This document shows, piece after piece, positions 7,886-15,629 of a DNA stretch of 15,974 bases (positions are counted from its first letter, which is position 1; every line of letters starts with the position of its first letter). Location: contig JAFCCO010000023.1 of the NCBI GenBank assembly GCA_017610175.1, forward strand, positions 1 to 15,974, in the 5' to 3' direction. Source of the DNA: Candidatus Iainarchaeum sp. (lineage in GTDB: Archaea > Iainarchaeota > Iainarchaeia > Iainarchaeales > GCA-2688035). A program made the translations under genes and the position numbers. The notes under the pieces were generated by a model. It ran no database searches. It was not told where the DNA came from and saw only the letters and a program-made list of their open reading frames with translations.

Positions 7886-8998
7886 ATGAGAACGGCGAAG
7901 AACGGAAAACCAAGCCTTTTGCTGGCTCCAAAGGACATAAAGCCCTCAAACGAAAACATGAGGGTAAGGGGTGTCTTTAATCCGGGCGCAATAAGGCTTG
8001 AGAACGGAAAAATAATGCTGATGGCAAGGGTTGCGGAAACCCCAATCCATGGAAAGCGCTACTTTCTCGCACCCAAAATGACGGGGCTCGCTTCGGAACC
8101 AAAAATGAAGATTGAGGAAATCCCAAGGTCCCAGGGAGAAATCGGGGCAGAGGGATTTGTAAACAGGTTTGGAATGTGGAGGCTTCCCACAATCTCGCAT
8201 TTTCGAAAAGTGTTGCTTGACGAGAGCGGCACAAGGATTGAGTCAATAAGCCAGCAGCCCGACTTTTCAGGATGCGGGGATGAAGGACAGTATGGAATCG
8301 AGGATCCAAGAATTGTTCACTTTAAAAAAGACAAAAAATATGCAATGACCTACGTAACCGTTTCGCACGGAAGCGGGGTCTCAACAAGCCTTGCGGTTTC
8401 AAAAAACCTTTCAAACTGGCAGAGGAAGGGAATAATTTTCAGGCAGCAGAACAAGGACGTTGTGCTCTTTCCCGAAAAAATAAACGGTTACTATGTAGCG
8501 CTCCACCGCCCGGAAGGGGTGATGATTTTTGACAAGCCAAGCATCTGGATTTCGTACTCAAAGGATTTGATTTTTTGGGGAAAGGACAAGCCATTGCTTG
8601 CGCCACGCAGAACAGGCTGGGACTCACTCAGAATCGGGGCGGGAACATCCCCCATAAAAACAAAGGAGGGCTACCTTGAAATTTACCACGGGGTCGCGCT
8701 GAGAAATAAAAACGATCCGGACTCCCAAAAGATTTACAGGGCGGGCGCACTCCTGTTTGATTTGAAGAACCCCGAGAAGATACTTGCGCAAACCCCCAGG
8801 CACAAGCCGTTGTTCAAGCCGGAGGGAAGGTATGAGAAGAAGGGCTTTTTGAACGACATTGTTTTCCCGAACTCAAATGTGCTGAGCGAGAACGGAAAAA
8901 AGCTAATTGTGTACTCGGGCGGGGCGGACAGCCACCTTACGGTAAGGGAGCTTTCGCTCAAGAAGATTCTTAATTCAATGCAAAGGCTTAAGGCATAA
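7886..8998 (+). CDS. Glycoside hydrolase family 130 (beta-mannoside phosphorylase/hydrolase-like)
   Basis: GVFNPGA, RVAE, YGIEDPRI, NKDVVLFPEKING, LHRP, RIGAG, IYHG, YRAGA and YSGGAD motifs; no signal peptide. Confidence 0.85.
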   Translation: MRTAKNGKPSLLLAPKDIKPSNENMRVRGVFNPGAIRLENGKIMLMARVAETPIHGKRYFLAPKMTGLASEPKMKIEEIPRSQGEIGAEGFVNRFGMWRLPTISHFRKVLLDESGTRIESISQQPDFSGCGDEGQYGIEDPRIVHFKKDKKYAMTYVTVSHGSGVSTSLAVSKNLSNWQRKGIIFRQQNKDVVLFPEKINGYYVALHRPEGVMIFDKPSIWISYSKDLIFWGKDKPLLAPRRTGWDSLRIGAGTSPIKTKEGYLEIYHGVALRNKNDPDSQKIYRAGALLFDLKNPEKILAQTPRHKPLFKPEGRYEKKGFLNDIVFPNSNVLSENGKKLIVYSGGADSHLTVRELSLKKILNSMQRLKA

Positions 8999-10837
8999 TT
9001 AAATCTTTTTGTTAAACACGCTAATTACAAACATAATAACGCTGGGAAAAAGCATTAACGCAATCTTGTCAACGGACTGCAAAATAGGCAAACCCTTAAC
9101 CATTATGCTTGTCAAAATCTCAGTTCCCAGAGTTAAGGGCATAAGGCTTGCGATTCCCTGAACATAGGACGGCATGAACTCAATTGGGAAAATCACACCG
9201 CTCAGAAACAGGAACGGAATCATTATTATAAGCGAGGCAAGAACGGCTGTGGACTGTTCATCCGTAAAGTTTGTCAGGAACAAGCCGATTGAAATGAACG
9301 AAAAGGAAATTGCAACCACTGCAAAAAGAAGGCTTAGCGAGGAGCCGATTATTGGAACCCCAAAAACAAAGACGGCAATCGAGATTATTATCATAGCCTC
9401 AACAATTGCAAAAAGCATCTGGCCAAGGATCTTTCCCGAAAGCCAGACAAACTTGTTGGTTGGTGAAGCCCTCACCCGAAAGTCAATTCCCTGCTTTCTC
9501 TCAACAAGGGTTGAAATGCTTGCAAAAAGAACGCACGTAAGCAACAGCACAATTGTAAGTGTAATTGGCATTAGAATTGCCGTTTTCTCAACAGGCGCAT
9601 ACTCCTCACTATCAAGATACATCTTTACGCCCTCAACCGCAAACGGGCGAATGAGATAGCCCGGCTGGTAGGACATAAACTCCTTTAACGTGTCCGCAAA
9701 GCCGTCAAGCAGTCCCCTGCTTTCACCAAGGCTGATTTTTGCATCGTCGTAGGCAAAGTTTGCCTCATTAATAAGAAGCTTAAGTTCACCCAAAGTTAAC
9801 TCAAGCTGCTGAACAGAGCTCTTGAATTCATTCACACTGTAATCCAGAGTATCAAGCTTTTGGCTGGTTAAGTCAAGCTCGCCCCTGATCCCCTCAAGTT
9901 CAATTGTTGCGTTGTCAAGGTCCACAAGCCCGCTGTCAATTTCGTAAATCGTGGCATCAAGCTTTATTACAACGGCGTTAACTTCCTCGTGAGCGTCGTT
10001 TAGCATGGAATAAACCTGCCCAACCGCAAGGCCCATTGCTTCCTCAAGCGCACTTCTGACAGAAACAAGCTCGTTTCTGTACTGAACCAATTCGTCTCTT
10101 GAACCAACAAGCTTTGCCCTGTAGGACTCAAGCTTGTTCTGTGAATCAATAACGCTTCCCTTTGCATTCGCGAGCTTTTGCTTGGACTCAAGGTACTCGG
10201 GGTGGAACTGGTCAAGTTTTCCCTGCAACGAATCTGTGTCAATTGCGTCCACCTTAACCTTAAAATTTTTAAGGCGCGACTTTGCGTTGTCAAGCGCAAT
10301 CTCAACAGCACTTAGCTTTGCCTTCTGCTCGTAAAGTTTGTCAATCATGGCATCGAGATTGTCCCAAATCCCCTCAAGAATGCGGGTCGATTTCTCGTTT
10401 GAAAAAAGCTGGATTGAAATCTGCACATAGGACAGAATCATTTTTGAAACCAAGGGAGTGCTGTTGTCGTAGTAGAGCCTAACCCTCACAGGGTCAAAGG
10501 CACTGGACGGTTCAATAACCTCAATTCCCACCGTTGCGGTTCCGCAGTCAATGGAATTCTTCAGTTCATCAACAGAGTGTGCCTTGTGAAACCTTATTCT
10601 TCCAACAGCATTAAGCCTTTCAATGAAGGCCTCTGAATCAAAGAAATCCGAATTTTCCGGAACCAAATACCCAACGTCCGCCTTCTCAAAGGCAGCGTCG
10701 GGGCCGCCTCCCTGCCCGCCAAAAGCAAGGGCAATAACCAGCACCACAATAAGCGGGTATAAAAGCATCATTGCAAGGGTTGCCTTCTGGGAGGCAATGA
10801 GCTCGAGTTCCTTTAACGCAAACCTAAATATCTTCAC
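8999..10837 (-). CDS. ABC-2 type exporter permease with long extracellular coiled coil (YhgE/Pip-like architecture), 612 aa
   Basis: N-terminal KE...TM helix, about 230 aa of heptad-rich helical sequence, then ABC2 membrane domain (VERKQG..RVRASP, GKILG, FLSGVIFPIEFMP). GTG start. Confidence 0.85.
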   Translation of the reverse strand: MKIFRFALKELELIASQKATLAMMLLYPLIVVLVIALAFGGQGGGPDAAFEKADVGYLVPENSDFFDSEAFIERLNAVGRIRFHKAHSVDELKNSIDCGTATVGIEVIEPSSAFDPVRVRLYYDNSTPLVSKMILSYVQISIQLFSNEKSTRILEGIWDNLDAMIDKLYEQKAKLSAVEIALDNAKSRLKNFKVKVDAIDTDSLQGKLDQFHPEYLESKQKLANAKGSVIDSQNKLESYRAKLVGSRDELVQYRNELVSVRSALEEAMGLAVGQVYSMLNDAHEEVNAVVIKLDATIYEIDSGLVDLDNATIELEGIRGELDLTSQKLDTLDYSVNEFKSSVQQLELTLGELKLLINEANFAYDDAKISLGESRGLLDGFADTLKEFMSYQPGYLIRPFAVEGVKMYLDSEEYAPVEKTAILMPITLTIVLLLTCVLFASISTLVERKQGIDFRVRASPTNKFVWLSGKILGQMLFAIVEAMIIISIAVFVFGVPIIGSSLSLLFAVVAISFSFISIGLFLTNFTDEQSTAVLASLIIMIPFLFLSGVIFPIEFMPSYVQGIASLMPLTLGTEILTSIMVKGLPILQSVDKIALMLFPSVIMFVISVFNKKI

Positions 10838-11564
10838 GCTTTATCCCCTTCTCTTCCACAAGCTTTATGAAAACGTCTTCAACACGACGCCTGTTCTTCT
10901 TGAGTTTTGGAACCTCGAATTCCTTTGCAATTACCCCGCCGACAACAATTCCGATTCTGTTGCACAAAAATTCTGCCTCGTCCATGTAGTGGGTTGTAAG
11001 AATTATTGTTTTCCCAAGCATTCTTAGCTGGAGAATCTTTTTCCAGAACCCCTTCCTTGCCCTTGGATCCAGCCCAACAGTGGGCTCGTCCAAAAAAACA
11101 ATCAGCGGGTCGTTAATCATCCCGCACGCAATGTTAAGCATTCTCTTAAAGCCGCCTGAAAGCTTTCCGGCACGCCTGTTCCGAAACCTTGCAAGATTCC
11201 ACCGCTTCAAAAGGACCTCAACCCGGTCGTGCAAATCCTTTCCGGAAAGCCCATATAGCGTGCCCATCATTTCAAGGTTTTTTTGAACCGAGAAATTGCG
11301 GTAAAAGCAAAGCTGCTGCGGAACAATTGCAACCTTTGACTGGATTTCCCACCTCCAAAGCGGCCTTCCCTTTGTAAAGTATGAAAAACTGCCCGCGTTT
11401 GCGGACTCGAAACCCAGAAGAATCCGAATTAAGGTGGACTTTCCCGCCCCGTTTGGCCCAAGCAGCCCAAAAATTTCCCCCTCCCCTACCTTGAAGGAAA
11501 CCTTTTTCAGGACCTCAAACTTGCCGTAGCTTTTTGCGATGTCCTTTACCACAAGGGAGTCCAT
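10824..11564 (-). CDS. ABC transporter ATP-binding protein (DrrA/CcmA-like), 246 aa
   Basis: GPNGAGKST, Q-loop VPQ, LSGG signature, FLDEPTVGLD and TTHYMDE. Start reassigned to ATG 11564 (MDSLVVKD); the longer tracked ORF would overlap rps8e. Confidence 0.92.
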   Translation of the reverse strand: MDSLVVKDIAKSYGKFEVLKKVSFKVGEGEIFGLLGPNGAGKSTLIRILLGFESANAGSFSYFTKGRPLWRWEIQSKVAIVPQQLCFYRNFSVQKNLEMMGTLYGLSGKDLHDRVEVLLKRWNLARFRNRRAGKLSGGFKRMLNIACGMINDPLIVFLDEPTVGLDPRARKGFWKKILQLRMLGKTIILTTHYMDEAEFLCNRIGIVVGGVIAKEFEVPKLKKNRRRVEDVFIKLVEEKGIKREDI

Positions 11565-11639
11565 GGACAAAATATGCCTTCCTTGTTTATAATGATTATC
11601 TTGGTAATGAATTATACCTGCAAGCGGGAAAGGGCAAAG

Positions 11640-11652
11640 CAAACCTTTAAAT
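11640..11652 (+). promoter_or_regulatory. Putative BRE/TATA promoter of rps8e
   Basis: CAAACC-TTTAAAT about 60 nt upstream of ATG 11711; GTGGTG Shine-Dalgarno-like sequence before the start. Confidence 0.5.
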
Positions 11653-11710
11653 TCCCTTGCACTTAGAAAAATATTAATAACACAAATTTTTCTATTTAAA
11701 GTGGTGTTAA

Positions 11711-12238
11711 ATGACTCAATGGCATGGAAAAGCAAGAAGGAAGCCAACAGGCGGAATCCGCACAGCCAAAAGGCGAAAGGACAAGAGGCTGGCTGAAAAG
11801 GGCGGAAACCCAACCCTCACGGTTTTAAGCGACGAGGAAAGGCGCTCCAAAGTAGTTGGAAGGGGCTTTACCACAAAGGTCAAGGAAAGAAGGGCAAAGT
11901 TTGCAAGCATTGCCGACGCAAAAACCAAGAAGGTTCAAAAGGCAGAGATTTTAAACGTTGAGGAAAACAACGCAAACAGGCTTTTTGTGAGAAGAAACAT
12001 CATCACAAAGGGCGCTGTTATCAAAATAAAATTCGCAGGCAGTGAAAGGCTTGCAGAAGTGACCTCAAAGCCCGGCCAGCAGGGACAGGTTCAGGCAGTT
12101 TTGCTCGACAGAATGCCTGAAGTAAAACAGAGAAAGAAGGCCGAAAAAAAGGAAGAAAAGAAAACCGATAAGAAGGAAGAGAAGAAAGAAAAGCCAGCCA
12201 AAAAGGAAAAGTCCGAGAAGAAAGAAGAAAAGAAGTAA
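11711..12238 (+). CDS. rps8e: 30S ribosomal protein S8e with Lys/Glu-rich C-terminal tail
   Basis: RRKPTGG, N.AN..FVRRNIITKGAVI and VTSKPGQQG motifs. Confidence 0.95.
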   Translation: MTQWHGKARRKPTGGIRTAKRRKDKRLAEKGGNPTLTVLSDEERRSKVVGRGFTTKVKERRAKFASIADAKTKKVQKAEILNVEENNANRLFVRRNIITKGAVIKIKFAGSERLAEVTSKPGQQGQVQAVLLDRMPEVKQRKKAEKKEEKKTDKKEEKKEKPAKKEKSEKKEEKK

Positions 12239-12258
12239 TTCAACCGCTTGGCGTCTAA

Positions 12259-12266
12259 TTTTTTTT
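12259..12266 (+). terminator. Oligo-T terminator of rps8e
   Basis: T8 run 20 nt after the stop codon. Confidence 0.5.
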
Positions 12267-12270
12267 AAAT

Positions 12271-12304
12271 CCACTACTTCATATTCGGCAGAATTTTGAA
12301 CGCA
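12271..12304. repeat. 34-bp direct repeat, copy 1; orphan 3' end (AFKILPNMK*) of the small membrane ORF
   Basis: CCACTACTTCATATTCGGCAGAATTTTGAACGCA, 33/34 identical to 15137-15170. Confidence 0.93.
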
Positions 12305-12427
12305 GGGAAAGGCGGGGAAACAAAAAAAATAAAACAGCCCTGCACACTTGCAGCATACCATTGATTTAAGGCCTTTTTGCGGGCAAGCAAAAGTAATAAA
12401 TTCTTTTAATTCATACTAAATAGCATT

Positions 12428-13312
12428 ATGATTGCGAAATTGCTTGCTTTGGCTGAACAGAGTTTCAGTACCCTGTGGCTTAACTTTTTGGGCCTTGTTC
12501 CAAACTTTGCCTTTCTAGGCATTGCATTGGCAATCCTCTTTGCCACATACCTTTTCCTAACGAAGGTTGTTTCCCTGACTTTAAAGACCGCGGTAAGGCA
12601 GGCGGAAGAAAGGGAAGTTGTAATCAAGCTATGGCGCTACGCCTTCATATTCATCGCACTGCTTGTTCTCATCCTGTCATTTTCAGGCGACCTTGCCGCA
12701 GCCGGAATAAGCATTGGCCTGCTTTCAGCAGCGCTTGGCTGGGCACTGCAAAAGCCGATTACGGGAATTGCAGCCTGGCTAATGATTCTTGTCAAAAGAC
12801 CGTTCAAGGTTGGAGACCGGGTAATAGTTGACAATATCAAGGGAGACATAAAGGACATCACAATGTTTTACATTGTCCTAAACGAATTCGGCGGAACAAT
12901 TGGGGGAGAGGAAACAAGCGGCAGAACAATAATGATTCCAACATCCATTCTGTTTGAAAAACCAATCACCAACTACACTCTGGGCAACGAATTCATTTTG
13001 GACGAGATTGGCGCGGAATTCACCCACAAAAGCAACCTGGCAAAGGTTGAAAAAATAATGATTGGCGCGGCCGGCAAATTCGCCGCAGGCGAGGCAAAAG
13101 ACAGGCAGGAAAAGCCGTTCACAAGGGTGTTCTTCAACCCAAGCGGAATGCGCGTAAAGATAAGGTACTATGTTCAGGCAAAGGAAAGGCAGAAAGTGAT
13201 GACCGACATAACCAGAGAAATCTACGGCAAAGTTATGAAAGAAAAGGACACCTGCTTTGCATACCCCCACACCGAAGTACTGTTCTCGGAAAAGAAGGCG
13301 ACCGCAAACTAA
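12428..13312 (+). CDS. mscS: Small-conductance mechanosensitive channel family protein
   Basis: TM helices, GLLSAALGWALQKPI, RPFKVGDRV..DNIKGDI.DI and IPTS...PITNYT motifs. Confidence 0.92.
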   Translation: MIAKLLALAEQSFSTLWLNFLGLVPNFAFLGIALAILFATYLFLTKVVSLTLKTAVRQAEEREVVIKLWRYAFIFIALLVLILSFSGDLAAAGISIGLLSAALGWALQKPITGIAAWLMILVKRPFKVGDRVIVDNIKGDIKDITMFYIVLNEFGGTIGGEETSGRTIMIPTSILFEKPITNYTLGNEFILDEIGAEFTHKSNLAKVEKIMIGAAGKFAAGEAKDRQEKPFTRVFFNPSGMRVKIRYYVQAKERQKVMTDITREIYGKVMKEKDTCFAYPHTEVLFSEKKATAN

Positions 13313-13441
13313 AGGGAACAGCCCCCGCCTTCTTTCACCCCAAGGCAGCAGCCGGCAAAAAGCCACAGGGTATACTTTGACTTTAGGCGAAAGAGTCTGG
13401 GAAAAGGGAAGAAGGTTGGGTAGGCTTTTGGCAAGCCGATG

Positions 13442-13488
13442 CATTTATATTATAATTCTATCATAGTAATAGAATAGTGATATAAATG
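13442..13488. promoter_or_regulatory. 47-bp imperfect inverted repeat over the abiE promoter and start codon (candidate operator)
   Basis: CATTTATAT...ATATAAATG and ATTCTAT...ATAGAAT share one centre at 13465. Confidence 0.7.
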
Positions 13489-14118
13489 AAATATGGGCTT
13501 TTTGTAAGGAAACTGCTGTTGAGAAAAGAGCGCTTTATTTCAAGCGAAGAATTAGTGGAAGAGTGCGCCAAACTGAAAATGCCTTATGAAAAGGCAATTA
13601 AATACCTGTATCTCTACAAATACGTTGAACGCATTGTGAGGGGATTCTTCTATATTCCTACAGTGGAGGAAAGAAGATACAAAACAGGGGGGGCAAACTT
13701 CTATGAGGCAATCGCCAGAGCAATGGAATACAAGAAAGTAAAAAACTGGTACTGGGGCCTGGAAACAGCAATAAAAATGAATGCAATAACCCACGAATTT
13801 TTTACAATAGACTATGTGGTGTCTGACAAGATATTCAGGGCAAAACCGTTTAAGATTCTTGGAAGAAAAGTTAAGTTTGTAAAACTGAGCAAAAAACTAT
13901 TCGGATTTGGAATAAATAAATCCGGAAACACGCCTTACTCTGATTTGGAAAAGACTATCTTGGACATAATCCACTTGAGAAAATACTCGGGGGAATCCAA
14001 CAAGGCAATAAGAGACTATGTAATTGAATGGGCCGACGAAGCAGACAAAGCCAAAATGAAGAAATACTCAAAACACTACAGCAAATCGGAAAGAAATATT
14101 TTAGATGAATTAAAATGA
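13486..14118 (+). CDS. abiEi: AbiEi-like type IV antitoxin / transcriptional regulator
   Basis: N-terminal wHTH ending YVERIVRGFFYI, WYWGLETA, and YSDLEKTILDII; directly upstream of an AbiEii-type gene. Confidence 0.78.
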   Translation: MKYGLFVRKLLLRKERFISSEELVEECAKLKMPYEKAIKYLYLYKYVERIVRGFFYIPTVEERRYKTGGANFYEAIARAMEYKKVKNWYWGLETAIKMNAITHEFFTIDYVVSDKIFRAKPFKILGRKVKFVKLSKKLFGFGINKSGNTPYSDLEKTILDIIHLRKYSGESNKAIRDYVIEWADEADKAKMKKYSKHYSKSERNILDELK

Positions 14119-14143
14119 ATTCCAAATTTGGGGGGAATTTGAA

Positions 14144-15076
14144 GTGATTGAAGAGGAAATATTAAGCTGGCTGTCAGAAAAACTCGGAATAAAAAGCATT
14201 CAATTAATAGAAAAAGACCTCTTACTGCAGGGCCTTCTATTGGAACTCTCTAAATCAGACTACTTCTTGGAAAACTTTGTGTTCAAGGGCGGGACCTGCC
14301 TGACCAAGGCATACTTTGGCTACTACCGCTTTTCGGAAGACCTTGACTTTACACAGATAAACCAGAAAGCGTTTGAGGGAAAATCAGGAAGGCAAATAAG
14401 AAAAATGCTTTCAAAAGAAATCAGCAAAATAATGGAAATAATCGAAAAAATATCTAAAGAGCTGGGTCTTAACTTCAACCCAATAAAATCAGACAGACAC
14501 TATGTCCAGCTTGGCGGAAGCAACAGGTTTGTAACATTCAAACTGTGGTACAAGCCAACTACCGAGGACAGGGAAACTTTCATAAAAATTCAACTCAACT
14601 TTGTTGACAAAATACTCCGCAAGCCAAAAAAGCGCAAACTAAAAGCAATAGCAGAAAAACACGCTGAAGACTTTGCGTATCTTTACCCAAAATATGCATC
14701 AATAGCCACCGAGGGCCCAACTTTCTACTGCTACGGCCTCAAAGAGATTGCGGCAGAAAAAGTCCGTGCCCTGCTGACAAGAAGGGGATTCAAAGCAAGG
14801 GACATTGTTGACCTGTATTACCTGGCCAGGAAAGGGGCAACAATACAGGCAGTGAAGAAAAACGCAGTTGAAAAAACCAAATTCATGCTCAAATACCTGA
14901 AATACGGGGAAAACCTGAAAAACAAGAAATTTGAGGAAGAATTCGGGCTCGGGGAAGAAGAACATCTAATGATAGAAGAAGCTGGCAAGGGCTTTGAAAA
15001 ATTCGCAAACAAAACACTCAGGGAACTCAACAAACTGGCCGAAGAAGCAAGGGAAAAGCACAAGGGTCCAGCCTGA
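14144..15076 (+). CDS. abiEii: AbiEii/AbiGii-family nucleotidyltransferase toxin (type IV toxin-antitoxin)
   Basis: IEKD, FKGGTCL, RFSEDLDF and AEKVRAL..R...RDIVDL motifs; GTG start. Confidence 0.92.
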   Translation: MIEEEILSWLSEKLGIKSIQLIEKDLLLQGLLLELSKSDYFLENFVFKGGTCLTKAYFGYYRFSEDLDFTQINQKAFEGKSGRQIRKMLSKEISKIMEIIEKISKELGLNFNPIKSDRHYVQLGGSNRFVTFKLWYKPTTEDRETFIKIQLNFVDKILRKPKKRKLKAIAEKHAEDFAYLYPKYASIATEGPTFYCYGLKEIAAEKVRALLTRRGFKARDIVDLYYLARKGATIQAVKKNAVEKTKFMLKYLKYGENLKNKKFEEEFGLGEEEHLMIEEAGKGFEKFANKTLRELNKLAEEAREKHKGPA

Positions 15077-15136
15077 AACCGCTTTAATTTGCCCCCTTTT
15101 TCTTTTCTCAGAAACAGCGGGCAGAAAGCGGCACAC

Positions 15137-15170
15137 CCACTACTCCATATTCGGCAGAATTTTGAACGCA
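15137..15170. repeat. 34-bp direct repeat, copy 2
   Basis: CCACTACTCCATATTCGGCAGAATTTTGAACGCA; contains the last 9 codons and stop of the 15140-15274 ORF. Confidence 0.93.
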
Positions 15171-15274
15171 AAGACTGCCGAAAGCCCCGCCAGCGCCCAG
15201 AAAAAAAGCGGGTTCAGCAAACCGGTCACCGTGAGCGTCAGGACAACAACCAGCAGTATGCTCAAAAGGCACAC
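15140..15274 (-). CDS. Small two-helix membrane protein, 44 aa (possibly 5'-truncated)
   Basis: GTG start; (M)CLLSILLVVVLTLTVTGLLNPLFFWALAGLSAVFAFKILPNME*, two hydrophobic stretches around an NP turn. Below the ORF track cutoff; start uncertain. Confidence 0.6.
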   Translation of the reverse strand: MCLLSILLVVVLTLTVTGLLNPLFFWALAGLSAVFAFKILPNME

Positions 15275-15288
15275 CCAAAAACGCGGAA

Positions 15289-15329
15289 GAAAAGTTTAAA
15301 AACAGTTGTTATATATACTTATATAACAA
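15289..15329 (+). promoter_or_regulatory. BRE/TATA followed by a perfect 10-4-10 palindromic operator candidate
   Basis: GAAAAG-TTTAAAAA (15289-15302), then TTGTTATATA-TACT-TATATAACAA (15306-15329), 15 nt before ATG 15345. Confidence 0.75.
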
Positions 15330-15344
15330 ATAACTGGTGGTTGC

Positions 15345-15629
15345 ATGGCTAAAACTCGGACACAGATTTTGCATTATCCCCGGCTTGACACTGTTTTAAT
15401 GGTTGAAAAATTTATAAAGGAAACCAGCGGTGAATTCAAGAAACGCAGTTTGTGGGAAAAGCTTCCAAAAAAAACAATGTACCAGACTTTTCAGGTGATT
15501 TTTGACTACTTGGCTGAATCGGGAAAAATTGGCATTGACGGAGAGGGCCATATTTGCTGGATTTGGAATCCCAAGCTTGTTCAAAAATATATTAATCGGG
15601 ATGACTTGAGTTGGAGGAAGAAAAAATGA
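15345..15629 (+). CDS. Small basic probable winged-helix protein; putative antitoxin/autorepressor, 94 aa
   Basis: HYPRLDTVLMVE...LWEKLPKKTMYQTFQVIFDYLAESGKI fits a three-helix plus wing pattern; ATGA-coupled to the downstream RelE-like gene. Confidence 0.7.
   Translation: MAKTRTQILHYPRLDTVLMVEKFIKETSGEFKKRSLWEKLPKKTMYQTFQVIFDYLAESGKIGIDGEGHICWIWNPKLVQKYINRDDLSWRKKK

Larger units (their letters stand above)
12271..15170. mobile_element. Candidate integrase-less genomic islet (mscS + abiEi + abiEii) bounded by 34-bp direct repeats
   Basis: Flanking repeats correspond to a gene 3' end, cargo includes a toxin-antitoxin pair, and abiEi is AT-richer than core genes. No recombinase in the window. 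Confidence 0.45.

Noticed and set aside
11565-11813. 83-aa N-terminal extension of the ABC ATPase
   Set aside because: Overlaps rps8e and its promoter; the ABC fold starts at ATG 11564.
12271-12304. 34-bp repeat as a CRISPR repeat, tRNA fragment or dif/Xer site
   Set aside because: Only two copies 2.9 kb apart, no cas genes and no cloverleaf. TTCTGCCGAAT loosely resembles one Xer arm but has no partner arm, and the coding 3'-end explanation fits better.
12878-13466. ORFs 12878-13444 (-) and 13257-13466 (+)
   Set aside because: They overlap mscS, have atypical composition and show no motifs.
14994-15352. + strand ORFs 14994-15299 and 15089-15352
   Set aside because: No recognisable motifs; they overlap abiEii or promoter sequence and are antisense to the hydrophobic 44-aa ORF.
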